Below, piece after piece: positions 1-13,505 of a stretch of 64,000 nt of DNA; position 1 is the first letter of the stretch, and every line of letters starts with the position of its first letter. The notes below the pieces were generated by a model that was given only the letters and a program-made list of their open reading frames with translations, was not told where the DNA came from and ran no database searches. Origin of the DNA: Camelus dromedarius. Its lineage: Eukaryota. The DNA is taken from the NCBI RefSeq assembly GCF_036321535.1, contig NC_087437.1, positions 34,846,001 to 34,910,000 of the forward strand. The letters run 5' to 3'. The translations under genes and the position numbers were made by a program.

Positions 1-258
1 GTATGTTGGCGTTTTGTTTTACTTACGGTTTCCTTTGCTGTCCCATTTGTTTATTTTTGCTTTTATTACTATTGCCTGGGTAGACTGCCCTAGGAGAACA
101 TTGCTGAGATTTATGACAGAGGATGTTTTGCCTGTGTTTTCTTCTAGGAGATTTATAATGTCTTGTCTTATGTTTAAGTTTTTAAGCTATTTTGAGTTTA
201 TTTTTATATATGGTGTTAGGGAGTGTTCTAACTTCACTGATGTACATACTGCTGTCCT
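1..258 (-). mobile_element. L1 ORF2 3' fragment, probably running off the window edge
   Basis: tcccatttgtttatttttgc...ttttcttctagga...ttttgagttt matches the L1 fragment at 14700-14920 and the reverse complement of 56030-56250. Confidence 0.85.
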
Positions 259-495
259 AACTGCTCTTCTAATTGCTTTAGCTCATATAGGGAATAGTGA
301 AAACCAGTGGCGCAGATCCTAGAGCTAATGGTCCATCCAGTGTACACAGCTGTACCTTCCGAGGTTGCATACGATTTTTTTTTTATAAAATGGAGAAAAT
401 ATAGTGTAGTAATTTAAGTGATCTAAAATAAACTGATTATCCAAAACTTGGATATTGAATTTTTTTAATGTTTCTGTAACACTGAAGTCTTTTGA

Positions 496-575
496 TTCAT
501 TCATTCACCATGCATTTATTGAGCACCTATCTAATACCCGATATTGTACAAAATGCTAAAGAACCAGAGGTAAAA
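496..575 (-). mobile_element. L2 3' end fragment
   Basis: ttcattcattca...catttattgagcacct is the L2 terminal signature. Confidence 0.6.
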
Positions 576-810
576 AACGTTGTTTCAGTTTTGATCCAAT
601 TAATGAATATTTTGGTAAGAATGTAAAGCTGTGTAGCTTTTCATAAGACAGTCATACCAACTTCATTTAGATTTTTATTAGAGTTGGTTGACCCGTATAG
701 TTTATATGTGCATTATAAACATCATAGATATAAAGATACCAGTTCTATTCATGCCATTTTGATGGGTTTTCCTGGAGCATATGACTCTAAAGGAAGTTCT
801 TTATGATTTC

Positions 811-947
811 TTAAATTTTGGTGGGAGGAGTAGGTCATTAGGTTTATTTATTTATTTATCTATCTTTATTTGACGGAGGTACTGAGGATGGAACCCAGGA
901 CCTTGTGCAGGCTAAGCATGCCCTCCACCACTGAGCTATACCCTCCC
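811..947 (-). mobile_element. tRNA-Ala-derived camelid SINE (vic-1-like)
   Basis: Reverse complement reads GGGAGGGTATAGCTCAGTGGTGGAGGGCATGCTTAGC...CCTGGGTTCCATCCTCAGTACCTCC plus an A-rich tail. TSD tatgatttc at 802-810 and 951-959. Confidence 0.9.
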
Positions 948-2749
948 TTCTATGATTTCAAATAAAAAGTAGATATGCATTCGGTAGTCACATTTCTGAC
1001 TTCTTATACTCTACTTAGCCGGTGGGTAGACTTTATTTTTCCATTTCAACTATCTGGAGCACTATAATGGACCAGGGAGTTAACACAGAAGGACTAAGGG
1101 GAAACTAATCACAAAGCCCATGCACCTTTCTCCAGTAAGAAGGTTAAATATTTTCCAAGTCTTGAGGCTAAATAATTGTGTGTGAAGTGACCACTTAGAA
1201 GCAGGATTGTGGAGGGAGAACCCAGAACTTCTTACAGCAGTCAGGGTGATTTGGTGTGGGAACTGTCTTCGTACACAGGCAACGTGCACATTACCGTCTT
1301 CCCTTCATGTTCTGAAGATGGCCTTAAATCATCCAAAAATGCTGGATTTTCTTCCATACATTCTCTTTGAAAAACTACACAAGTATATGTTTCAGCTTAG
1401 AGACATTTCCATCAAAAGAGGTTAAGATACTTTTTCATCTTTTAGAGTAGTAGGGTTGAGTTAAATGGGACATTCACTTATGTGGAACTCTTCGTTCCCT
1501 GATGGCACTTGTTAAATGAGGTATTACAGAATTGATCTATCATTTATAGAACTTTCATTTGAAAAATTACATAGGACACACACACATATATCCAAGTGTA
1601 ATTTTCTCTTTAACTGAAGAACAAAAAAAAAAGGGCCTTGAGAATTTACCTAGTTCTCTGGAAGGATACCATTAAAGTACTAAGTTCAAATGTGTTATAT
1701 ATAAAATGTTGTTTCATACAACTCTAGAAGGAAAGATTTCAAGCTGAGCTGGCAACTCACTTCATTTATAAATAGCTATTCAAAACAAAACTGGCCGGCC
1801 ACCTGTCTTCTAAAGTTATACTAACCTTCACTATTTAATTGCCTGAATGTGGCCGTATGATTTGTGTTAGAAAAGAGAGCTCGGTTTGGTGAGTGGGTCT
1901 CATAAGTCATGCTGACTTATTTAATAACTTCTTTATCCTAGGGCACTCAGATCAATATGTTTTGAGGAAGAATCCTAGGTACTACCTTGAAGGATAAAAG
2001 GAAATTAATAATAGAGTATGGTGAATGGCAAAGTTTATACTTTTTCTTGTCTAACAATTTCTATACTGATTTATGGCGCTTGGAAGTTGCTGATTGCAGC
2101 AATAAATCTCAAGGTGAATCTCCCTTAGATATGAACTATCTGGATATAGGACCTAAAGATAGGGCATTGCTCTATAGTAGATGGTTTTTGCTTGCCATTT
2201 CAGAGACAGCAGCCCTCATTAAGCAATTCATTATTGTCTAAGGTTGAAGCAGCTGTGGATTACTATAATTATGAATGTATTATGTCCTTGCCAATCTACT
2301 ATGAATCCTAATTCAAACTTTACATGTCTCTTTGGAGCCTTGTTCGTTTTCTCGTGATTATGTTATTCCTGACAAATGGTAGTTTTGAGATGCCAAAGTT
2401 GCTTAAGTTTGTTTTTTATAGGGGCATAACCTGTTGTCCCTTATTTTTAGAATGCCTAATAACCTTTTCATTTTTAGTGTTACACCAGGTTCAAGTAGCC
2501 AGTCTTTATAACGTCTGGCTGCATTTTTATCCACCCATTTCCTCTGAGGATTGCCACAGGACTGCAATTTCCAAGACTCTCTTGACTTTTTAGGTTGTGT
2601 GATGAAGTGGAAAGCAAGAGAGTGCTTAAGAAATCTTTCTGGGGTGTTAGAATTTTAAATCACTTTGTTGGGTTCACATAGTGAATTGTTTATGTATTTA
2701 TGGTTTAGAACTGATCAGATTGTTTTGTGATTATCTGTTTAGGCATTTC

Positions 2750-2855
2750 TGAGGCTAGACTGTAAGCTCTTTCAAGGTGGCAACTCTGTACAACTTATTT
2801 CTGTACACCTGGAACCCAACACAATGTTCAAAACATGAGGGCAAATAATAAATGC
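2750..2855 (+). mobile_element. L2 3' end fragment
   Basis: ctagactgtaagctc...acacaatg...aataaatg. Confidence 0.5.
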
Positions 2856-2927
2856 AAGCTAAACAACGTCAGTTGTGTGCACACACACGTCTGCTAGTTT
2901 TGCTTTAGTTTGGCCATTCGTCCACAC

Positions 2928-3105
2928 CAGCGTTTGGTAAACATTCTGTAAAGAGCCATATAGTAAATACTTCAGGCTTTGTGTACCATATGGACTCTAT
3001 CTCAGAACTAGCTATTAACAATATATGAACAATTGAGTGGAGGTATGTTCCAATAAACCTTTATTCACAAAACCAGATGTTTTCACTGTGGTTTGCCGCC
3101 CTGGA
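2928..3105. mobile_element. MER58A-like hAT-Charlie DNA transposon
   Basis: ttctgtaaagagccatatagtaaatac...gttccaataaacctttattcacaaaac...gtttgccgccctg. Confidence 0.7.
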
Positions 3106-3544
3106 TTTAGATCAAGACTCACGAACAGGTTTCATCTCCTGTGCCAACTTTGGTTGATTGGTTGCTGCCTGGAATATTGTATTGAGAAGGATTCTCAGGG
3201 TGGGTCTGGGCTCAGCGGCAAATAATTCTTTGATTGATTAATGTCTGCCATTGGCATTACTTTGATCCTTCCTGTAATTTACTTTAAGGACACTGTGACC
3301 TGTGGAGATGGCTAACTTTATTTCTTTGCTTTGGGTGCTGGCATTAGTTTTTAATTCCTCGCTAACAAATCAAAGGCATCTTAAGGCACATGTTTTGTGT
3401 CTCAACTTTATCCCTGGCTTCATCTCAATTTTACTGTCTTTTTTTCCTTAGTCTCAAATTCCTAAAACTTACCTACCTAATACATTTATGAAACTATAGA
3501 TTTTGTTGAAGCAAAGGACTATAGGAAATATGAAAGGGCCCATC

Positions 3545-3668
3545 TATAAAACATTGATTATCACACCTACCTTTCAGGATCATTGTGAGGATTAAATGAA
3601 GTAATTCATATAAAGTACCAAGCATAGTACCTGGCACACAATTAGTACTCAGTAAATGGTAGCTGTTG
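3545..3668 (+). mobile_element. MIR SINE, 3' half
   Basis: ttgtgaggattaaatga...cctggcacac...ctcagtaaatggtagct. Confidence 0.8.
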
Positions 3669-4744
3669 GATATATGTCTGCTAAAGAGCTGGGCCAACCC
3701 ACCTAGATAGGTATATTACACTCCCTATGATTTCTCCAGCCCCCCTCCCAGGTAGGTGGGAAAACTGGCAATGGGAACACTCTCTTGATTACTCAGATTT
3801 TGTCTTTTGAAGTCTCTCTCAGTGGCAAATACTAGGCTACCCTATGCATTTGAGTCTTTTTTTCCTATTCTTCTGTTTGTGGGGAACTTGATGATGAAAT
3901 AGGATCATGTATCCACAGGGAGGATAATGAAGTGGGATTTGGGGGTGGGGAGACCACTGGGCTTCTTTCTTACTCTACTGAGGCAACTTCCATACATGTC
4001 TTAAAAGAGAAAAGCTCATCTTAGTTTTATTCCTCTGACTTTTGGGGCAACAGTTTTACAATTTGGGGTGAATGATTCCAAGTAAGTTGATGATACTTTA
4101 GTTAACAGTTCTTTTCATAAACATTTTTGCTGACTTTTAAAAGAAATGACTAGCATAAGACAGCCAGATGTGTTATAACTCTGCATATTTTTAAAAGAAG
4201 TTGGTATAAAAACTTGGTATAAATTCTACACTTGAGAGTAATGTGGAAGGAAAGCCGAGAATCTACCAGTTGTCTGGACCAACCAGAGACGTGAGAATGT
4301 GAGGACTAGATGAGGAAGAGAGAATGAAAACCACACTGGGTGCTCTTTGGGCAGTCAAGGCTTCTTAGGGCCTAATACTGTTCTTAACTCATATTCTTTA
4401 TAATAAACTCATTTTAATGAAAAGAAATTTAGGAACTAATAACCCCCGCCTCCCCAACAACAGAAAGTTATGCCTGGTTTTATCTGGGCAAGCATAGTAC
4501 ACATCTCTCCCTTCCTTATGTTCCTCAATGGACCCAGTGGCTGGTATCCCAACATCTCAGAGCACGAGGCCATCTGGAAGCTTCCCTCCTGTTATTTGCA
4601 GCTTTTATTCACCCCTGGCTCGCATTCATCCACATTTTCGAAAATTCCTGTCAATAAAATATACCGTCTGTGCTGCCTGTGTTGACCTCTTCTTCCTCTT
4701 TCTCCTTACCCCTTTAGCTGTGAGCCTCCTAGTCATGTCGTAGC

Positions 4745-5012
4745 TCTTAGCTCAAGCATCACTCTCTCAGGGAGGCCTCCCTTCTCCTCTTTATCAGGTG
4801 CTTTATATTCTTTTGTTAGACCCCCTCAAAGAACCTTGTTCCTTGCCTTACCGCACTTCTGCTCGTATTTATTCCCTTAAGTGATTGGTTGATTCTTGTC
4901 TCCCCACTAGATCATAAGCACTATGAGGGCAGAGACACATTGATTTGTGTCCACCATTTGTCCTAGCAGCTCGCACAGTGCCTGACACATAGTAGACACT
5001 CAAGTATTCATC
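4745..5012 (+). mobile_element. L2 3' end
   Basis: tgtctccccactag...atgagggcagagac...cacagtgcctgacacatagtagacactca. Confidence 0.75.
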
Positions 5013-5869
5013 AAAAAGGTTGGTTCTAGCCCACGACTGCACATCTGCTCATCCAGCTGTTGCCTTTTGGAGCTGAAGTAGGACGTGGGAAAGGGTATAT
5101 TTTTCTCTGAACTATTTGCCTGTTCAAATTTTAAAATGTGCCATTTTATATTTACACAAGCAAGTGCATTCACTGCCGAAATTATAGCATTTCCACGCAA
5201 TTAGGTATCCCATTTTCCTCTTGCTAAAATAAGATACCCTTTTAAACTCTGTATGCAAAGGGTGCAGCACTGCTGGTGATGCTGATTTCCTTTCCACTGC
5301 ATTTTGCTGCAACTCTCCAGGCTTCAACATTCTACTGGTGGTCCCCAGCAGAGGTCAGGTCAGTGCTCCGATCATGCCTGGGCATGGTCAAGAGACCATC
5401 ACTGTGTTTTCAAGGTGCTTTGCCACAGGTCATTCTGTGGCCTGTTCCACACAGCTTGCTGAGATTTGCTTGATTGCTCACAAGCTGTTGGAAGAGGGTT
5501 GCAGGTGCTCCTAGCATCAGAAGTACTCAAGGTCAGTTAGCTTGCTTTAGGGAGGGCTTGGTCTTTCAGAGGCTGAACAGACTGGCAATGTTAGGCTGTT
5601 AAAAAAAAAAAAAAAAAAGCCTGTGGCACTGAAGGTAGACAGGCCGTGTGGGAATGTCGCTGCTACATGCAGTCAGGGTTGTTACAAGAATTAAAAATAT
5701 TTACGTGCCAGGCTGAGTCCTGGGGGATGCAGAGGGCTGTTATTGTGGAGAGTCTAGTACGACTCTGGAGGTCCATCAGAATTTGTTGTCCAGCTTTGTG
5801 AAAATTCACATACCTAGATGTTACAAAATCAGAACTCTATGGGGAAGAAACTGGTGGGTTTCACCCTTC

Positions 5870-6051
5870 AGTGAGCTTGTTAAAATACAGCGCAAATTTA
5901 GAAAGCAGATTCTAGAGTCCTACCCAAAATATCTTGATTTACTAAATATAGAGCAGGACCCAGATTTTGCATTTTTAAGAAGACACCACTTATCCCCAGT
6001 CCCAGGTAATTCAGAAGCCGTTGGTTAGAGTACCACCCTTGAGAAATACTG
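5870..6051. mobile_element. MER5-like hAT-Charlie element
   Basis: cttgttaaaa...gcagattc...ccaggtaattc...cccttgagaaatactg. Confidence 0.6.
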
Positions 6052-6188
6052 ATCAGATCCAACCACCTGATTTTGTAGAGGAAACTAGAGCCATGTACCT
6101 AGTGCCCTTCTCATGTGAGGATCTAGTAAAACTTCACTGTGACCTGGTTCATGAACTTAATACCTGAGTTCTCAGAATGGGGCGCTAG

Positions 6189-6194
<6 letters not shown>

Positions 6195-6219
<25 letters not shown>
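6195..6219. repeat. (TG)n microsatellite
   Basis: About 12 TG units. Confidence 0.95.
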
Positions 6220-7427
6220 TTCTGGGAAAAGGATCCATTGCTCTCATCGGATTTTCATTTAGGTTCAAAATTATACAAAAATAACAGGAAGCACTTTCTT
6301 GGTTTGAGATACAATGGCTCTGGCTCTGCCTAAATCAGCTGTCCTGTTTCCCGTGGAATTAACAAGATTTGGTGCTCCAGAAATGTAACATAGTAGGACC
6401 TTTATATATGCCTTATGGCAGAAAAGTGGCAAATGTCAGTGATAGAAAGAGACACAAGGGGCCTGGTCCTTTTATCTTTTATGTTTGTTTTTGTATAGAA
6501 TGAACACTCATAGAGCATTAAGCCTAGTTTTAAAGCTCCCCCCCCCATCACTTTCTTCCGGCATGCCTATCCCGGGTTAGATGTTGGGGAAACCTTTGTA
6601 TGTGAAAAAAGCGTTTGTCCTACCTGCTAGTTGCTCATAAACTAGTGAGGAGACAGATAGGTGATAAACGGAGACAGTCTGCCTAATTGATGGAGAGCTG
6701 TCATAGAGGTCTGACGAAGGACAGGGCTGTGGCAGTCCCAGTGAAGGAGCAAAAGCTTTTGTTCTAGAAGATACTTTTACAGCATGTGATGCCTCCTATC
6801 TGTGCTGGAGACGTTTTAAGACAAGTGGACCAGAGATGCTGCTGAATGCATTCTTTATTGACCAGAGTGTGAGAAGCAACAAATTACGTTTGCCTTTTTC
6901 GGTGAACCTCGAAGTAGTGTTGCTGGTTGGCCTTGCAGGTAGAGCCAGCAATAGAGAAGAGTCAATTAAACCTTCAAGCTGTACAGGTTTTTGTGTTTTC
7001 CTCCATACAGGGTTAAATGTCAGAGTAGACATTTATCTTTCTTGACCTTCACTTGCCAACTTCACGTCTCAGTCCCAGGAATTTCCTTGTGTGCTTTTCT
7101 GCTTCTCATTCCCCCTCGCTATGTGTAACAGTCTGATCAGCTTGTCCACATTAAGATTTGAACATTCCTTGATGTATTACTTCTCCTTAACATTTTTGCC
7201 TTTTGAGAAAGAGAACTGGCATAAATCAGAGATTGAAAGCTATGATGATAGAATTTCAGAACTCAAAACCGAAAGGGAAAGTGATTTGGGGCAGGGATCC
7301 TTTTTGGGTTCCTCAAGTCACACTGCATGAGACAGTTACTAGATTCCTGGCAGAAAGATGGACCCTTCTTCAACGCCCCACCACCACATTCAAGGAGCTT
7401 AAATCTGATACTAGTTTTGAGGCACTT

Positions 7428-8123
7428 ATTTTTTTTTTTAATTGAAGTATAGTCGATTTACAATGTATGTTAATTTCTGGTGTACAGCATAATGTTTCAG
7501 TTATATATATATATTCCTTTTCATATTCATTTTCATTGCAGGTTATTACAAGATATTGAATATTGTTCCCTGTACTATATGGTAGGACATTGTTTATCTA
7601 GTTTATATATAGTAGTTAGTATCTGCAAATCCTGAACTCCCAGGTTCTCTTCCCCCTCTTCCCTGCCACCCCCACCCCTGGTAATCTTAAGTTTGTTTTC
7701 TATGTCTTTTAGTCTGTTTCTGCTTTGTAAATAAGTTCATTTATCTCATTTTTTAGATTCCACATATAGGTGATATCATATGGTATTTTTCTTTCTCTTT
7801 CTGGCTCACTTCACTTAGTATGACAATCTCCAGGTCTATCCATGTTGCTGCAAATGGCATTATTTCATTTTTTATGGCTGAGTAATATTCCACTGTGTGT
7901 GCACGTATGCATATATATACACACACACACACATATGCACATACATACATAGATAGTTACATCTTCTTTATCCAGTCATCTGTTGATGTACATTTAGGTT
8001 GCTTCCACATGTCTTGGCTATTGTAAATAATGCTGCTGTGAACATTGGGGTGCATATATCTTTTTGATTTAGAGCTTCCTCCAGATAAATGCCAAGGAGT
8101 AAGATTCCTGGATCATATGGTAA
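7428..8123 (-). mobile_element. 5'-truncated L1 (3' UTR and end of ORF2), same group as the full-length L1
   Basis: Poly(T) then aattgaagtatagt. The minus-strand peptide EYYSAIKNEIMPFAATWIDLE is an L1 3'-end hallmark, and the segment closely matches the reverse complement of 56640-57318. Confidence 0.93.
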
Positions 8124-11100
8124 AAGTCATGTCAGACTGAGGACATCAACTCAGCTGGCACTGGCCTTGTGCTTCTCTGCCACTGTGACCACACCGGCTC
8201 TGTGGAGGTGCTCCCTAAAGAGCCTGATAGGAAGCTGTGGGCAGGAGTCAAGTGAGGCCCAAGAAGGGTTCTCTGGCCCCGTTACCGGCCAAGGAACATT
8301 TTGTCTAAGTTTTGGCTGCCTCCCTGAGGGACTGCTCTATTGTCACAGCTGCAGAGTTCTTCTTGATTAATAATTCATGAGTGTTTTATAATTCATTTAT
8401 AACAGTTGGTGCCATTGGCTTTCTAAATCCCCAAGGGCATTTTTAGTTAGCAATATGCATGGAATTTTCTAGAACACATTTGTATAGCACTCATGGAAGT
8501 TATTTTTTCCTCAAGCCTTATAGCCCAACATTAAGAAATGGAAGGGAATTTTACCAGTAATTAACCATAATTTTCTCTGAAATAGGAAACATTTTTTTCT
8601 GTAAACATACATTACCTTGCATATTTTTGTTCTGTAGATCTCAAGTGTATAGAATGTGAAACAATTTCTTCCTTTTTTTTTTGTAACTGCTGAAAAGATA
8701 AGAACTCACCTATCACAATTTGACAAGACCACTTTTGGCTGAGTGCTGCTTGTTTTCTCAACAGATTTATGAAAAACTACTGGTTGGCTGTTTTTATGTT
8801 GCCATCTCTCAGGAGAATTTAGATGTGTGTATGTGCTTTAAAAAAAAATTGGAAAGAAGGACCACAGAGCTAGTTTAGTATGACCTATTCCCCCAACTCT
8901 CGGAATGTGTGTGGTAAATGAGGGACAAAGAATTTATTAATCATACTTTAGTAGTAGTAGAGAAATAACCACAACTTTTCTTTAGACAGTAAAAAGATAA
9001 ATTTTTAATCCCTTAGAGTTTGAATGTAGATTTGACCAAAATAATAAGATTAGGGAAATAGACCACATGGCTAAACAGTATTTGATACCTTACTTTGATG
9101 TTTATATATAAAAAGGAACCATCTGCTGTCAGGGAAGCCATCATTCAGGAAGTGGAGTTTGAGTTGTGTTTTCACACCTTGGCATGCTTGGCGCTACCAT
9201 GTGAATATGCCTCAGATTATGTATGAATCAGATGACTCATAAAGATGTCCAAGTTTATCACTTGAGGAGTCTCAGAGGAATTGTCCTGAATAACCCATAA
9301 CTTAGCAGTCATCAGCTGAATGTTTAAACTAATAAAACCTTCAATCTCCATATCAGGTAGGTTAGGTTATAGGGCTCCACATCCCTAGCATGCTGACTGT
9401 ATGCCCTCTGTGGTGGTCATCCTGCCACAAAACTGACTAGCATTTGCACGTCCACAGCTTTGGTTCCCCAGAGCAATCTCATCTCCGTAATAAGCACAGG
9501 ATTTCATTTACATACTTAAGGCGTAAGCCTGAGACTTTCCTGATGCCATGTCTCTTGAAGGAATCAACTTTGCCTTCCTGAGGCAGAATTACAAATTAAG
9601 GAGTGCAGGATGGTCCTCTCAAAGATGCTTTTCTTATTTAAATAACCCCTGAGTCAAAAGTGGCAAAGACTGAAAATGGCAAGAAATGACGCTCTCAGCA
9701 GGCAAGAGGGAAGAACGACTCCCTTACCTTCTGTCTTCTTCCTGGTGGGCAAGGGCATGCCCTCTGACTTTGTTTTTAAGTGCCTGGTGCCAAAGAGCAG
9801 TTGTCAAAAGTTAATGATGCTCTGCCTAAGGAAGATGGATTCTGAGGTGGACTTAAGTATATTCATGTGCGGTCTGCGCTTGCTGCTGCCAAATCCTCAC
9901 ATGAATATTCCTTTCCCTTCAAGGGCAGAGCAACCTTGTCTGCAGTAGACTCCCCCCTCTAGTCTGTCTTCTGATGGCACGGATTTTGAAAGATCTCCTT
10001 TATGATCTCTCCTTTATCCCCTCAATGCCTAGCGATCATCGCTGAGTTACTGTTTCCCCAAATTCAGCTCTTTTCTGCTCAGTATTTGCAGAATTGATTT
10101 CCTACCTTACCTCCCTTGTGTCTTCCTCAGTGTCAAAGTCTGCTTCTCCCCAGAGGGTCACTGATCAGATGCCGTCAGAGCCAGATATAGCGCCTTATTG
10201 TGTGAGATCAGTGTTAACTTTACCCCTAGCGTGGATCCAAGGAGCAGCCGCTTTGCTTTAGTGTCCTTTTGATCCAGTTTTAGAAGCCCGTGTCCTTTCA
10301 CGATCGCCCCTCATATCAGAAGCATATCACTGTGTGTTCCAAGGCTGGCATGTATGTTGTGTAAATAGAAACTGAAGGGCGCTGCCATCTGTTATTCGCC
10401 CCATTCCCTTCAGTGGAGCTTGAGGATTTCTCTCTGCCAAATTATAGTATGTGTGCGCGCACACGCGCTCACATTAAATAAAATGAAGGGGAAAGGGTAA
10501 TTTATAAAATCAGAGAATTTGAAGGATATTAAAATTCCGAAACTTCCTTTTATCTTCGCAAAGCACACTCTAGAGCTTGAGGCAAAAGAGGGTATTTCTT
10601 CTCAGGATGCATTTCCCAGGTTTTGTCATCTTAGAATCTCATCTGTTGGCTTTTCAAAGTTGCTTTGAAATTGGGTCTTTACATCAGGACCAACAGTTAT
10701 AACACAACTCATTACAAACTTAATGATAAGTCCATTCCTTGGTTTTAAAAATAATTTCTAAGTAAGAATGTATTGGGTACAAGGGAAGCTTTCTTTTCTT
10801 TGAATACCATACCTAATTTTTAAAAATATAAAACTGCATACTATAGACTAAGTTTTAGGTAATAAAATAGGACGTTTGATTAAAAAGTGGAGGGCAAAAA
10901 ATAAAAAACTCCCACAACTATGAAATATGCAGTATTAAATGGAAAATATAAGGCATATCTTCATAGTTAAGGGCATCAGAAGCCTGTTTTTATATTAAAT
11001 CTATTACAGTTGAAAATGAATAGTAACTTGCCCTTTGCAAGTTTCCAGAGAAAAATACTAAAAGTGATTTGAAACTAGGTCTAATTTACTCGTGATCTTT

Positions 11101-11599
11101 TTCTAATATAGGCTCTATTAGAATTTAATTCAATATTACTTACTATCTTTTCTTGAAAATAGCTTTTGTCTCCCTGGAACTTACAACCAAAATCATTTGT
11201 CTGGCGTTTTTCTTTGGAGTTCTATAAAATACGTCTAATACCTTTTCTTTTTTAAGGGGTGGTGGGTATTCCATAAAATACAGAGAGGTGGATCGTTTTC
11301 AGGCTTACAGTTAAATGTTCAAAGTCAATTTAGCACATTATGTTTCGCCTTACTCTGCTTTCTCATCATTTTCAATAGCACCTCCGTCATCTTTAGTTTC
11401 CAGTTTTGCAACATTGAAGCCATTTTATGTGTTTTTCTTTTCCATCTGTCACCAAGCTTTGCTTGTGTGCTTTTATTCTCTTCTCAAGGGCTTTATCCTA
11501 GCTTGGGGCTGCTTTACCCAAAAAAGGAAGGACCACAGTAGGCATCACCTACTTTTTAAAATACAATTTTTTTTCTGGTTCAAAAGTGATTGGTGTTTC

Positions 11600-11775
11600 C
11601 TGCTCCAATCTACCATTCATTGCATAACCAGGGATAAATTACTTAGCCTCTCAATTACTTAACCTCTCTGAGTCTGTTTCCTCATCTGTAAAAATCTCAA
11701 AGGGCTGTTGTGAGGATGAAATAAGCGAACACAAGTGAAGCATTCAGCACAGTGCTTGGCACATAGAAAGTGGCC
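11600..11775 (+). mobile_element. MIR SINE with an internal 16-bp tandem duplication (11637-11668)
   Basis: acttaacctctctgagtctgtttcctcatctgtaaaa core; aattactta(g/a)cctctc occurs twice. Confidence 0.85.
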
Positions 11776-11789
11776 ATTTTTCTATTTTT

Positions 11790-12240
11790 TTTTTTTTATT
11801 TTAGAAAATTTGGAAAATACAGACAACTGCATAGAGAAAAAATATTACTCAAACTCTTTCTACTCTGAGATAACTAATTATACATTTTAATATAATTCAG
11901 CCACTTTACCCTCATACAGGTAGTAAACAAACTGCTATGTAATTTGTTCTTCATTATGAACACCTTCCCACGTAATTAGTATTCTTTCAAATTGTATTGC
12001 ATTGCATGGCTGTCCAACAATGTAATCAACCAATTTCTACACAAATTTTCATTGTCATGAATTATATTCTGATAAACATGTTTGCACACAAGTCTTTATG
12101 CTCATCTTTAACTTTTCGTAAAATGAATTCCTAGACAGACAATTACTAGGTTAAAAGTGTAAACTGAAGTTTTCGTTTCATTTTTTAATTTACTATCTGA
12201 AAAGATGGTTCAATTTATATTCTAATCCTAGTGTAGAGGG
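11790..12240 (-). mobile_element. Ancient L1M (L1ME/MC-like) 3' fragment
   Basis: Degenerate AT-rich L1 3' motifs (aatgaattcctaga...aattactagg...aatttatattct). Confidence 0.45.
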
Positions 12241-13279
12241 CCAGTTTTTCTTTCCTTCAGACTTTTTGCTTGTTTCCTCACTTTAATCTTCTTTTATTTC
12301 AGTGCATTTTAAATTTAGCTCCAAGCACATTCATCTTCAGATAAGATTGAATAACGTCTTTCACGCTTTTTGATGTTTCAGTTGTTTCCTGTTACTAAGT
12401 GCTACAAATCAAAACGCCCTGGTTGAACAGGGAGTTAAGACTTCTCCAAGTGCCAGCTCTCTCACATGCTTCATTTCATCAACTTTTTTTTTTAATTATT
12501 TCTCCCCATGAACTCACATGTACTACTTTCTAGATTGCTTTTCTTTCCTCCAGCCAGTACTTCTTACTTGAAAACTGATCTTTAAACTCCACTGGAATGA
12601 TTTCTTCATTTTTTTTCTTGTGCCCTCTCTTTAATTTCTCTCCCTAGAGGCCACTCAGCATGTACTAAAGTTCATATATTAAATAAATGTTAATTCATCT
12701 CAAGATTCATGCCTATGTTTGTATTGGTTTGTAAAATGCGTTTTTCTAGTGTTTCACCTGTGCGTGTTTGTGTGTGAAAACTGCACATAGGTTTATGGCA
12801 GACGTTTGTCCTCCCAACAGTGTCCAATCTAATGTGCTTTACTCAGCAGACATTCAATAAATTGGAATTGGCTGGCTGATGGGTTTCCTTTTTAAGATGA
12901 ATTATGAAGCATTTAGCAGCTTTAAAAATACACTTTTTTTGCACTCCCCCTTCCCCCTGTCAAATTCTTACATATACATTGGTTATTTCTTAAAGAACAC
13001 GCAACTGTTATAGTAAATAATGTTTTAGCATAATTACCATTATCAGCATCCTACCTACTCAGTACTCAGAATTTATAGCCTTAATCATCCTTCTGCTTTT
13101 ATCCTGTCATCCACCGAGTCCTTTTTACAGGGCTTACTGCCCTTTACTGTCATCCAGACTGAAGTTGGCATGGGTAATATAAATGAATGCACATTCTGTA
13201 GGAAGGTGCTTTGGCACCTTTTGTGCCCTACCTCATAGCTCATCTTTGTATTCCAGCTGTTAATCACCTTCTCAGGTGT

Positions 13280-13505
13280 AACCAGAGGAACCTATGAGCC
13301 TGTATCTTCCACTTTCTGCCCTGGGGCTTCTCTGCCACCATCTGGGGTGTGTTTGGGAACCTACTCAGCAGTTCAGACAAGCAAAAAACCTGAACGTCCC
13401 GGTGGAGTTAACATCCCCACAAGGCAATCTTTAACTCAGGACACACTTCTGAGACACTCAAACATGACTGCTCAGAGGGTCCCTAGCGGAATTGGGTCCA
13501 TTGCC
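13280..13505 (+). mobile_element. LTR16-like (ERVL) LTR fragment
   Basis: gagttaacatcccc...cagagggtccctagcggaattg resembles the LTR16 family. Confidence 0.45.

Noticed and set aside
1760..1810. MEF2-type site TTATAAATAG with a nearby CACCTG E-box
   Set aside because: Such motifs are frequent in AT-rich DNA and nothing else supports function.
10378..10395. CTCF-like gcgctgccatctg
   Set aside because: Only half of the core motif matches.
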